Below are positions 52,350-64,000 of a DNA stretch of 64,000 bases, one piece after another. Origin of the DNA: Bugula neritina (Eukaryota; Animalia; Bryozoa). The position numbers and the translations under genes are program-made. The stretch covers positions 959,751 to 1,023,750 of the forward strand of contig OZ037773.1 of the NCBI GenBank assembly GCA_964035545.1. The letters run 5' to 3'. Position 1 is the first letter of the stretch. Every line of letters begins with the position of its first letter. The notes beneath the pieces were generated by a model. That model was not told the origin of the DNA, searched no databases, and saw only the letters and a list, made by a program, of their open reading frames with translations.

Positions 52350-53251
52350 CCCGGAGTTAGGAAGGGACAGTACTTGCGAAAATGTCCTTGATTCCCGCAT
52401 ACCCAGCAAAAACTGACCGTTTCTCCCGGTGGCGGCGCCAGTGGCCGTACGGGCTCAGCGGCGGTGCCTACAGGGGTTTGTGGCGTCAGTGTTGCTATCA
52501 GTTTGGCCAGCATGTCTGTCAGTTGAGTGAGTTTCGATGCTGTCGCTAACTGAGCCACGGCAGCCGCGGCGGAGGTTTCCTCCTCTCGTCCCGCTGCCGT
52601 GTCCGCGCGGTCTACCTCCACTTGACGGGAGCTCCCGCGACTTTTATGCATTTGATTTGCTAGGAGGTAAGCTTCCCCCTCTGTCAGAGCGTCTTCAACG
52701 GTGGTGACTCCCCTAGCTAGAAACTGGTGGTGGAGACCCAGATCGTCGACAGATGCTATGAAAGCCTCGAGGGTATACCTCTCGTGGTTGACTGGGGGCA
52801 AGTCGCTGTATGCGATCTGTGCCAGCTTCATGACCGCCGCGGCATGTTCCCGCAGCGGGGTGCGTGGATCACGCCGCAACCTTTGCAATCGGGCCCGGGC
52901 ATCTGTAGCAGAGAGCCCGAAGCGGGCCCGCAGAGAAGCAAAGATATTATCAATGTCTACGCCCAGCCCATAAGGCTTGGCTTTGTCCATCAATGCCATT
53001 CTAAGCTTCAGCAGGGCCACCCTAGGGGGCCACTGGGCGACGTCCATTACGTCGCTAAACTCTTGGATGAACTGCTCCACCCCCTCTTCGCCCGTGAAGG
53101 TGGGCGCCTTTAACCGGTAGCGGTCTTCAGTTAGTTCTCGCGGAACCCTTCGCTCTTCTACTACATGGTTAACAGGCATTGTCTCTACAGCATTGTCTCT
53201 ACGCTCACCTTCTGCTGCCAGTGGTTGCGTTCCAGCATTTTCAGTCTCCAT
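52298..53251 (-). CDS. gag: G5 Gag (317 aa) with CCHC zinc knuckle
   Basis: CWVCGNQGHFRKYC; directly follows the PBS. Confidence 0.92.
   Translation of the reverse strand: METENAGTQPLAAEGERRDNAVETMPVNHVVEERRVPRELTEDRYRLKAPTFTGEEGVEQFIQEFSDVMDVAQWPPRVALLKLRMALMDKAKPYGLGVDIDNIFASLRARFGLSATDARARLQRLRRDPRTPLREHAAAVMKLAQIAYSDLPPVNHERYTLEAFIASVDDLGLHHQFLARGVTTVEDALTEGEAYLLANQMHKSRGSSRQVEVDRADTAAGREEETSAAAAVAQLATASKLTQLTDMLAKLIATLTPQTPVGTAAEPVRPLAPPPGETVSFCWVCGNQGHFRKYCPFLTPGLNYRGPQMFPPPAGRR
52305..52349 (-). promoter_or_regulatory. Putative -1 ribosomal frameshift signal at the gag/pol overlap
   Basis: G_TTA_AAC, 5-nt spacer, 10-bp GC stem; pol is in the -1 frame; conserved in G1, G2 and G4. Confidence 0.75.
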
Positions 53252-54332
53252 CTTGGATGCACTATCCCACTGCTGCCACCACTGTTATGTTTTCCAGAAT
53301 TAGGGTTGATATGCAATCCAGAGAGTCTAATTACTTGCTATAGAACTGCACCAGGATAAGTCGAGTGAACGAGTATATATTTTAAACACAATAATACATT
53401 ACAAAAACGATACAAATACATTTGACAATTCTAAACATCTAGGCTATTCAGCACTCTAACTTCGACTAACTAACAGCGGGAAAACTAATACTGCTGCTAA
53501 CTATCAAAACCGCTAATTGGCTATCACTTGTTCCGGGTCAATTACGCGACCCTGTATACTGTGCTGCTGGTAGCTCCACGAGCCACCACACCTAACCGAA
53601 TTCCGCTACAATTTCTGCTGCCAGTTTTCGTTAGCCAGTTTTCACCAGTTATTGCCGGTATCCTTAAATTTTGAACCACCGCCAAGAAGATCCAGCATGA
53701 AAGGAGACGCCAAATCTTTGAAAATCTTTGTTGATATTATGAAGAAGATAAAAGCAAATGAAGATAATGAAGACAGTTGCAGCACAGAAAATACAGCAGT
53801 AGTAGCAGCAGTAACAATAATATTAATGTTAGAAGGAATATCTAGAAAATTGACTAGTTGACACACATATCAGTAATATAGACTGGTTGCAGTGAGTAAC
53901 TTTACAATTTTATGTTAAGGAAATATTGACCTCTTTTTATTATTATTCTATTTGAACTAATAATGATGATGATGAACTCTTTATTTGATAGATCAATAGT
54001 ACAAGAAAAAATAAAATACTTCTATTTGCAGGCAAAGATGGAAGTTAATATTTTCGAATGTATAAAAATACAATCTGCAGTATATTTGCTTTCTGTATAA
54101 CAGTTTTTTTAAATATTATAAGGTACATATAATATTATTAAATACAGTATGATACTTGAAAATAGAAATTGTATACGAGTATTATATTGAGTACATGAGA
54201 GTTATAGCCTGGCCTTGATGGTCATCTGCTCTGGGTAATTAGAACAACAGTCTTCTAGTGAAGTTCAAGAAGGAAATGATTGATTTCCAGTTATCCATGG
54301 AGGGGTTAGTATGAGCTCTGGTGACATCATAG

Positions 54333-54750
54333 TGTAGTGAATTTACAGTTCACTATAAACTGTGAGTCCACTTATGCAAGGCCTTTCACCAGATTTCATA
54401 CAATTTGAATAGCCTTTATTATTGCGATAATTCACTCTGCCGCTACTGTTAACTGTTAACACTAGTCCGCACGATTACATAATAATAGAGTAACTTACAC
54501 ACAACTTTACAGTATTAGAACTCGATTCACTCTGCTGGCTACGCTGCCTAACTAGCTTCCACTACACATTTGTAGCCCCGCCTACTAATTAATTGTTAGC
54601 CACATCTCATTGGTCAACACGATGGTGCCATCCTGATGACACGATGTTGGCTGCATCATGTAACTGTCCGGGTGAGAAGTATCCTTTCGATATAATTAAT
54701 GCATTACTAAAAACTATTACAATAGTCCGCACACAAGTACATGTAGTGAT
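54333..54750 (-). repeat. Partial LTR related to the G2 LTR
   Basis: tgtagtgaattt..cagttcactata start shared with 18714. Confidence 0.65.
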
Positions 54751-54752
54751 AT

Positions 54753-57700
54753 TGTTGTAATTTGCACAATTACTATGCGTGAGTTTTTGCTTGCGTATTC
54801 AGTATGCTTTCTAACTAGTAATTACAAGGGTAGTAGCCAAATAATAATCTTTATTATCCACAATAAACACAGTATAAAACATTACATCAAATTACAGTAA
54901 TACAATAGCCATCTAACTATGTGCGTACGCTTCGAGTTCTCGCTCACAACAACGTGATAAGCTAAGAGCTAACAGTGTTAAGGATTATACACTGAAGTAC
55001 CGCCGGCATGTACAGCCTGACAGGTGCTATGTTCAGTTAAACACTCGCGAGATTCAGGCTAATGAATAGTTGATCGAGAACACACTCGCTATGACAGATT
55101 ATTAGAATCTAAGTGGACGTGTGTTCCCACCACTGTGTTTCATTATCGAATCTTCAGCTTGCTAACTGGTATAGTTAGACACAGGATAGTTAAGGGCATC
55201 CTCACTAAGAATATCATAAATTTCTCTCAAAATGTAGTTTAGGTTCTTGAATAATACTACTCTGCGGGTGGCATGTGTGTTGCCTACTTGCAATTGTTTA
55301 GCCTAAGATCAAACTACAACCAATAAGCAGCAACCTTCATTAGGGCTGCATTATCTATCAACATTCCATTATAGGCGCTACGAAAACAAAGTACCAAGCA
55401 AGCTATTCATTATAGCCTGCCAGCTAGCAAGCCTTTAATTAGCATGTACGCGCCAATATCTTCTCATCCCTACGTGCTCATTGAAGCGTGAAGCACTGCC
55501 CGCTGCTAATTGAGTCGGTTTACTTCATTTAGTACACACCAGCAACTTATGACCTAACATTAAAGTTTGCTCAAAATCAATTGAAATTTACTATACATGG
55601 CATTTTTATGTGCTGGGAGGGGATTCCCCAACATTAAAGCACAGGTCATTGTCATATGCACTTAATATTCTATATGTGCGACCGTTACGAAAAAACCGTA
55701 ACGGTCTGTAACCAAAACTAGCTGAATAATTAGGGAAAAACATGGGAAATGAAGCAAAATTAAAAAGAACTTTGATTATTTAGGTGTATTTATTGGTGTT
55801 TTACTAGTTTTGGCCAAAAAACCATGTTCATTACCAGCTAAATTGTGAAAAATAGCCAAAAACTGAAGATATCCAGTGTGTACTAAATTAAGTAAAATGA
55901 CCCAATTTACTATGAAAAAACATAGCATTTTCAGTGTATAAATCACCAATTTGTGGGCAATCTAGAAGAGTTATTGGAAAAAGAAAAAAATTACCCTGGA
56001 GAAATATCTCAGGATTCCAGCAGTGCAATTTCTAATTAGATATCATGCTTTGCTGCTGAGATATTTTACTGGTACTGAAAAGTCAGTTTTTCAGGCAAAA
56101 TTGGCCAAAATTAGGCAGTTTTTTGTCTATAACTTTGCAAAAAAAATTAAAATTGAAATTTCCAAAAAGTTACCCTGGAGGAAAAGAAGATCTACAGCAT
56201 AGTTTTTAAATTTTGACTCTAGCACAATTAGGTGAGATTTTATTTTACTGGTACTGAATTCTTATATGATTACAATGCAAACCTCAGCAAGGCAGTTGCA
56301 GCTAAAAGGTTGCCTTTAACTATCCTGTGGAGCTTACTGATGTAGTCTAGTTCCCGTACCAAAAACAACTAACTCACCCTTCGATCCAGAATATTAAAAC
56401 ATTTTGAATGAGAGTGGTACTGATTATTGTTTTGTGGCATGCTACTCTTGACTGCATCAAAGTAGGAAAAGACCGGGCAGCGTGGTTGTGAAGCGTGACT
56501 AGGACTTTTTGCTTCCGGCGAATGAATCTCATTTGTGATTCCGACAAGGCATAAGTTGATATTTTCGTGGTGTTCAAAACTCCCACGTTTCTTTGCCTGT
56601 CTTCCCATACGATACCTAGCTAGACTTTCATAACTGCCGCTTGTAGCGCGGTCATATACAAAGTCTCCGAGGTACGCTGGGGATTGCTTAGTGAGCGGTC
56701 CTGGAGATATCGTCACTGTGAGAGGCGGTGTGCTCACCCGTGGATTGTTATGTCTCACGGGTGGTGTTTCCAGCCTGTTTGTGACGGTTTTTCCTACGTT
56801 GGTGTCTCTGTACGGAGCCCCTCCCACGGGGGTTATTGCACTTCCGGACTCGTTTCTGGTTCCGAAAGTGGTGGTGGCAGGCCTGACGTTGGGGCGATGG
56901 GCGCGTTTCCAAAGACGGAAGTGGCTTTTCCTGCCTCGCCAAGTTTTCCTGGAGAGTCATGGGCGCGCTTCTGGCCAGGTCGACAGTCTTCGCTTGCCAA
57001 GACCTTCTAGCACAATGCGTCTGCCGCCCCGTTTCACCAGGGAGACGGCTATGCTTGTCGGTCTGGCAGATTTTGCACTGTCTCACTCTGCGCCGTATGT
57101 CCGGCTCCATGTTGGGCCGGTACCACCGGAGTTGTAACTTGGTGACCACTCCCTGGACTCCCGCCTGAGTCTGCTGGTGGATGTCCCGTATCAACTCCCG
57201 GCAGATGGCAGCGGGGCAGACTATCCTCTCCCTTTCTGGCTGTCTGTTGTTGGCGGCCAAAGTCATGGTCAGCAGGCCATCTGGCCCGATCCGCAGGGAG
57301 TTCCAATGTTGACAGTACAGCCGTAACTCGGCGCATCCTTGTCCCCGATGTCTACCACTGGGTCGTCGCCCATCCTGTTTTGCTCGGTACACGTCAGCTA
57401 CCACCCCGGAGAAGCGAAGATCCCGTCAATGTCAGGTCCCGCTCCGTAGGGCTTAGCCTTGTTCGTCAGCGCCATCCTGAGTTTGAGCATGCCACCCTTG
57501 GTGGCCACCGTGCAACTTCCATCACATCTTGAAATTCTTGGATAAATTGCTCTATGGCTTCTTCGCCCGTAAAGGTGTGCGCCTTCAGCCGGTATCTGTC
57601 CTCACTGGGTTCTCTGGGAACTCTCACTTCTTCCAACACTACTGGTTTCACAGGTATAACAACATTGTCTTCCTCACCTTCATTTTAGTGGAATGGGTAG

Positions 57701-58107
57701 CTCCTACCTTCTTCTGCCCTCACTGTTGTACGCAAGATCCCACCGCTGCCATCACTGTTGTAATTTGCACAATTACTATGCGTGGGTTTTTGCTTGCATA
57801 TTTAGTATGCTTTTCTAACTAGTAATTACTAGGGTAGTAGCCAAATAATAATCTTCATTATCTACAATAAACACAGTATAAAACATTACATCAAATTACA
57901 GTAATACAATAGCCATCTAACTATGTGCGTACACTTCGAGTCCTCGCTCACAACAACGTGATAATTGCCAACTACCCGGGAACTGTCACTGGGTCGGAAG
58001 TTCACCTTCCGGTTCTTCTTATTGGATTATAATACATGGGGGGCTTTTAGTATTCCCCGAACGGAGAGGAGATGATTTTACATTATGATACTGCGTGACC
58101 CACTACA
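54753..58107 (-). mobile_element. Non-autonomous Gypsy derivative G6
   Basis: 5' LTR 57756-58107, PBS, gag N-terminus fused to integrase N-terminus and pol tail, no RT; accessory mini-exon and intron only; partial 3' LTR 54753-54960. Confidence 0.88.
55180..56329. mobile_element. Non-autonomous CACTA/CMC-type transposon, copy 3 (longer, opposite orientation), inside the G6 accessory intron
   Basis: Same TIR; 2-bp TSD GA; extra ~400 bp internal segment. Confidence 0.88.
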
Positions 58108-58559
58108 CCATGCTAATAAGTTTATTGGTTTTCTTTTAAAGCAGCACAAATTTATATGAAGAAAATTGTTTGAAATGATTTATTGATTTTGAAGCAGCAC
58201 AAATCTATTTGAAAAAAATATTTGAATTGAGAAATTTACTTCAAAGCTGCACAAATTTACATTGGAGAAAATATTTGAATTGAGAAATCTATTTCAAAGC
58301 TGCACAAGTTTATGTTGAAGGAAATGTTTTAAATGTTGATGTTAAACTGTAATTCTCTTGTGAGTTTAATCTAGATAGTTTGTCTATCTTGTTTGTCAGA
58401 CTATTTAATTTATGTTCGCTAGTATAATGTAAACAGAGCAAGATTTCAAAAGATCGCTAGGATAATCTTTATTTTGGTTTGGGTAATTTCTTGTAATATT
58501 TCATTAGTGTAATTTTGGTTGTTTCAATACTATCATCAAATAGATATACATATTATACA

Positions 58560-59160
<601 letters not shown>

Positions 59161-59568
59161 TACAACACAATTATCAAAAGATGTAATTCATGCCTATATG
59201 GGAATGTTTCTTTATTTTTTACAAACCTAACGTGTGTACTTTAAACAAGCGAAACGAGCTGTTGTCAACCTGCTGACACTCAAAAAAATTCTTACTGTGC
59301 AACCACAAAACCTAGCAACTCTGTTGCCTATTTATATTTTATGTACTATGGTAAATAATACCCAAATACATATAAAGTATAGTCACCCAACAACAATATC
59401 ATGCATCTGCTATCAATTTTGCTTTTACATTATGTGTTTGTTTTATATTATAATTAATTACACTTACAAATCTATATAACAACAAAGCCACTGCTATGTT
59501 TGCGTTGCGTTTTACATTGTGTTTAGCATGTTAATTTTCTTGATGTAAAGATTTAAATTCACCAATAA

Positions 59569-59619
59569 TATTGTGCCTGAAGAGTTCTGAAGAGGCATAA
59601 AACTCTTAGTAGCGCAATA
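59569..59619 (+). ncRNA. Degenerate hammerhead-like motif
   Basis: Stem I TATTGTGC/GCGCAATA, CTGAAGA core and GTA triplet, but the GAAA box reads AAAA and stem II is weak. Confidence 0.4.
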
Positions 59620-59981
59620 AAAAAACATATAATTAAATTGCTCTTTTCTTCAATAACATAATTGCTCATTATTATACGCATAACAATTTGAGCACTTTTT
59701 CATCTGCTTTTTTTTAAAATACTCGCGCTATATATATATAATTTCGAGTCAAGCGTTTAATTTTACTCCAAAATTAAATATCTCAACTTATTTTTCTATA
59801 GTTAACTTTAAACTAAAAATTTTGCGATTGACAGCTTACATGTATATAATATATAGTGAATATATAAGTTTATATGTAAAGATTATAAGTTTATTTTATA
59901 TCCAAAATTGCATCAATACCAAATATAAATACTCTATTTTTTGAAAGATTGAGTTCTTTTGATTCATTTTTTAAATATAGA

Positions 59982-60092
<111 letters not shown>

Positions 60093-62155
60093 AGTATATT
60101 GTAATGGGATTACGTAGCATAATAATGCATTTGTCTCCTCCTGTTTGGGAATACTTATAACCATGTTCTACTATCCAATCAGAAGGACCGGAAGGCAAGG
60201 TTCCGGTCAAGTGACTGTTCGCGGGTTAGCTAGCAGAAACCACGTTGTTGAGAGCAGGGGCTCGTAGTAGCTAGACGTGTTTATAATTGATTGATGTATT
60301 GTGGTTTTGACTTACTGTTATAATTATGTTTATCGAATTAAATAAAGGTTATCGTACGCAAGCTCTGTTAGTAGTTGCTAGTTAAATTGAAACTAAATAC
60401 GCAGGCAATCCACGCTTGATAATTGTGCTAAAACTCACAACAGTGGTGGCAGCGGTGGGATAATGCGTATATCAGAATGGCAAAAGAAAGAGCTACGGAA
60501 CTACTCATGCCACTAAGTGAAGAGGAGGAAGATGACATTGTTACACCTGTAGACCCCGCAGTTTGAGATATGGTGAGAGTTGTTATAGGATTCGAGGAGA
60601 CTATATATCGACTGAAGATACCCACCTTTACAGGTAAAGATTCAGTAGAACAATTCATTCAAACTTTTCAAAAGCTGCGGAATTTTGCACGGTGGCCACC
60701 AAGAATGGCGTTGCTCAAGCTTAGGACAGCGTTGGCGGACAAGGCCAAGCCATGCGGCGAGGGAACTGACGTGGCCAGTATCTTCGCTTCCCTGCGGGTC
60801 CGTTTTGGCATCTCCACCATGGACACGGAGCCCTCCACGGCCCCCGCACCCTGCGGGCCGGCGAAGAAGCCTCGAAGGGAAACTAGACCCAAGCCGCACC
60901 GCCGGGAGCCACTCCGAGGCGGACTCAATGAGCTGTCGACCTCAGACACTGCGAGGGAGAAGACGAAGATGCCGTACGGGGCGCCGTCTTCCCCTCCGCG
61001 GCAGGTCCATAGCCGTCCCCTAACGGGAGAAGAGCCGGTAGTACGTACTTGCACTATGCCTGGCCACTCCCGGGACACCGTCCACCGCAAGGTAGACGGT
61101 GGCCATACCTCCAGGCCGGGAGCTGTGGAGAGCGCGCACCCGAAAGTCCCACCTGTCCGCAGCTCTAACCAGCTGACACGGAAAGGAAAGACCTCGGTGC
61201 CATGCCTCCACTCCCCCTCTGAACCAGTGAGCCTACCACCCGCCTCTCCACCAAGCTGTACTCCTTCTGTTCAAGAAGACGACAGCAGGCCATCGCGGGA
61301 AACCGCGATGAAAAGTCCTCTAGAGAAGCCGCCCTTCGGGCGAAGGACTGCCTCACCCCACAGCCAGGAGACCCGTGGGACAACATCAGACGGTTGCGTG
61401 AATGACGAACAGCGCCCAGAGACGGCCACGTCACTACACAAAACCGAAGCTACACCTCACCTTGGGGATCCTGACATGCCCCCAGAAGTGGCACAGGACC
61501 CCACGCCGAACCTGTCTCAACCGATGGCGTCAAGGAGCTAGGACACCTCCAGGAAATTATTCCGGGGGTGGTAGCCAACGTCTATCGGATGAAACGGGAA
61601 GGGCGACGACCCAGTGACACACAACGAAAGCAGGGCTGCCCTGAGTGGCAGCTGTACTGCCGACATTGGAACGCACTGCGGATCGGGCCGGATGGTCTAC
61701 TGACCATATCTTTGGCTGATAACCACCACCAGCCAGACCAGGAGAGGACCCTCTGTCCTGCCGCCATCCGCCAAGAATTGATAGAAGAGGTACACCAACA
61801 GGCTCATGGGGGAGCCCAACAGGTGTTCACCGAACTACAACTCTGGTGGTATTGGCCTCACATGGAGCGTGATGTACAACACAGTGTTGGGCAGTGCGGA
61901 GTCTGCCGGGTCAGTAAGCACGGCCCCCCTACTGGGGAGGTAGGGCGGCGAAGGCAAAGTGCAGAAAGACCCGGGCAGACGGAGACTGCTAACCTGGTCG
62001 ACGAACCGCCTAGGATGCAACCCAAAGCAGTGGCGAGGCAGGAAAAGCCACCCCCGTCCAGGGAAGTGCGCTCACCGCCGTTAGCGTGCAAGCCGCCACC
62101 GCCACTTCCTAGGTCAGGAACCGACCTGGAAGTGCAAAAACCCCCCAAGGGAGGG

Positions 62156-62390
62156 GCTCCGTGCGGAGGTACTAGGAAAGCTCCATCTGTTACAAATTGG
62201 CTGGAAGCACCACCCAAGAGACGTGATCGTCCACGGGTGCGTAAACCACCATGGCTGGAGACAACACTTCCCCAGGCTCCGAACGGAGATGCTAGGAAAG
62301 CTCCATTTGTCACAAACTGGCTGGAAGCACCACCCAAAAGACGTGACCGTCCACGGGTGCGTAAACCGCCTTGGTTAGTGACGACACCTT
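62156..62390 (+). repeat. 120-bp in-frame tandem duplication in the G7 pol tail
   Basis: RKAP.VTNWLEAPPKRRDRPRVRKPPWL occurs twice. Confidence 0.9.
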
Positions 62391-62682
62391 GGAAACGGTG
62401 TCCTAAGCCAGGCTCCGCGTATCGCAAGGACTTACCACGTTCCGTTCAGGGCGCGGTCAAACGTCCTACGAAACGCCGTGAGGGGAAGAGAGCAGAGCGT
62501 GGGAGTTGTGAGCACCACGAAAATATTAACTTTTGCCTCGGCGGAAATTCAAATAAGATTCATACGCCGGAGGTAATAAGTCATAGTCACGTTTCACAAC
62601 CACGCTGCTCGCTCTTTCATCACGTTAATACAGCTTTGAGTAGACGTACGTAGAATTCATAAACATACCACTCTCATTCACA

Positions 62683-63711
62683 ATGGCTTGCCAAGAATCG
62701 AGGGGTGAGTTAGTTATGTTTTTGGTACGAGGGCTAAACTGTATTAATCAGCTTAACTATAATAGAGTAAGCTGGAGACTCGGTAATGATTTTTAGTGGT
62801 GAGAATTCACACTGACTCTAAGACTTAACAGTCTGATACAGCAGTGCGTGTTTTCGATCAACTATTCATTAACTGAGTCTCACGAGTGTCTAATTGAGTT
62901 AAGTACCCACCAGGCTGTATACGCCGGTTGTACTCAGTGTACCCTCTTACACTGTTATACTCTTGCAGATCACACTCGATCGACCAACTCTGGGTCACAG
63001 GATCTACACTCTCTCTCCTCTTTGGATAACGGACCGGAAATGGACAACGGACTGCTCGCGGTGCTGCGTCGAAGACACAGATGGGTGTCGCGACGAACGG
63101 AGCGGCAGATTGAAGAAGTCTGGGGACCGAGTAGGTCACAAAACACCTGCCACGTGTGTTACGAAGAGCTTCCCTCACACCAAGGACTACGGCTGCATGT
63201 GAATGCACACTTCCTGCTACGGTTCTGTCCGTGTGGATTTCACGACGTGTACCCATACCCCGTCGTGGCTCATATGATGGACTGTTTCGCGGGCGAGGGC
63301 TATGTAGTAGACGCGGATAACTACGATAAATACCTAGAAGCGGTCAAACCAGTGGTTAAGAAGGCTTTAACCTGGGCCGCATTATCCTCCGGATTTTATA
63401 CATTGCTAACAGCCGCCCGTCAGAAGTCCCTTATGGTAAAAACGGTCGCCGCAATCATACCGCGGCTAGATAATACCCCTATGGAAGCATCAGACTCCCC
63501 AGAAGAGGCGATGCCAACTCCACCCAGACCGACCCGGCTAGCAACCGTTGAAGAAAGACTCTTACGGCTGCAGGATGAATTCACCTAGTTGGCTCCCGAC
63601 TTACTCAGCACTTCAGTGAGCCTTAATGAACTAAAGGGCTCAGTGGGACGCCTTAAGCGTAGACTACGTGCACGGCAAGCACGACACCAGATCCAGTCCC
63701 TACAAAAATAG
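62683..63711 (+). pseudogene. G7 spliced accessory gene: exon 62683-62704 + exon 62969-63711, with one premature TAG at 63586-63588
   Basis: MACQESR-G|GTGAGT ... TCTTGCAG|AT; CHVC-x12-HVNAH, CPC; homology to G5 continues past the stop (LAPDLL..LKGSVGRLKRRLR). Confidence 0.8.
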
Positions 63712-64000
63712 GAGCTGACAGTTGGCGATTCCACCCCGCATATCCTCGGGGTACTACGTTGTGATCATGCAAATGCTTGACTGCTAAAGACCTACAATCC
63801 AGGACTCTCTCTTTATAGCTGGCCAGTTGTACGCTGGCCATCCGTTATCTTACTTATGTGTTTATATTATCATACATTTGGTATTTCTCTTCTTTCTCTT
63901 TGTGGATTTTCTTGACTTATGTTATTTTTGCATTATTATACTATTTCCGTTTTTATCAGAAAGTATGGCTTTCTGCTGGTGGGGGCGGTGTAATGGGATT

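Larger units (their letters stand above)
46129..53590 (-). mobile_element. Full-length Ty3/Gypsy element G5 with accessory ORF
   Basis: LTRs 53283-53590 and 46129-46437 (~5 differences), TSD CCTA, PBS 53264-53281, PPT next to 46437. Confidence 0.97.
60100..64000 (+). mobile_element. Non-autonomous Gypsy derivative G7 carrying the accessory zinc-finger gene
   Basis: 5' LTR 60100-60442, PBS 60444-60461, gag/PR-linker/IN-N-terminal fragments without RT or RH, PPT, 3' LTR starting at 63989. Confidence 0.92.

Noticed and set aside
53591-53866. Possible host exon with a donor split by the G5 insertion
   Set aside because: No clean reading frame or partner exons could be established.
58130-58330. 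Imperfect ~50-bp AT-rich repeats as a CRISPR-like array
   Set aside because: Eukaryotic context, degenerate units without unique spacers, no cas genes.
62848-62968. ORF-track N-termini of the accessory ORFs (62848, 47513, 38081)
   Set aside because: They lie inside the predicted introns and are not conserved between copies; two use non-ATG starts.

Overview
Animal (probably invertebrate; species not identifiable here) genomic DNA, AT-rich and dominated by one family of Ty3/Gypsy LTR retrotransposons with a tRNA-Leu primer site and 4-bp TSD. Seven copies are present, named G1-G7 here: G1 1-3394(-), G2 ~11385-19371(-), G3 23644-~27810(+), G4 32298-39759(+, both LTRs, TSD ATAT), G5 46129-53590(-, both LTRs, TSD CCTA), and internally deleted G6 54753-58107(-) and G7 60100-end(+). 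Also present are solo/partial LTRs, CACTA/CMC-type non-autonomous DNA transposons, Penelope-like GIY-YIG fragments with hammerhead ribozyme motifs, and LINE fragments. The host component is a tandem duplication (~25.3 kb offset) of a multi-exon minus-strand immunoglobulin-superfamily receptor gene (signal peptide, V-like domain, two further Ig domains, TM helix). Two main observations. (1) In the env position the Gypsy elements carry a spliced accessory gene: a 6-8-codon mini-exon, a conserved phase-1 GT-AG intron, then a C2H2 zinc-finger + Arg/Pro-rich + coiled-coil protein. It is kept even in a derivative that has lost RT, which resembles complex-retrovirus regulatory genes. (2) The two Ig receptor copies differ mainly by amino-acid replacements in the V-like exon, as expected for a diversifying recognition receptor. 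All alignments and counts were done by eye.
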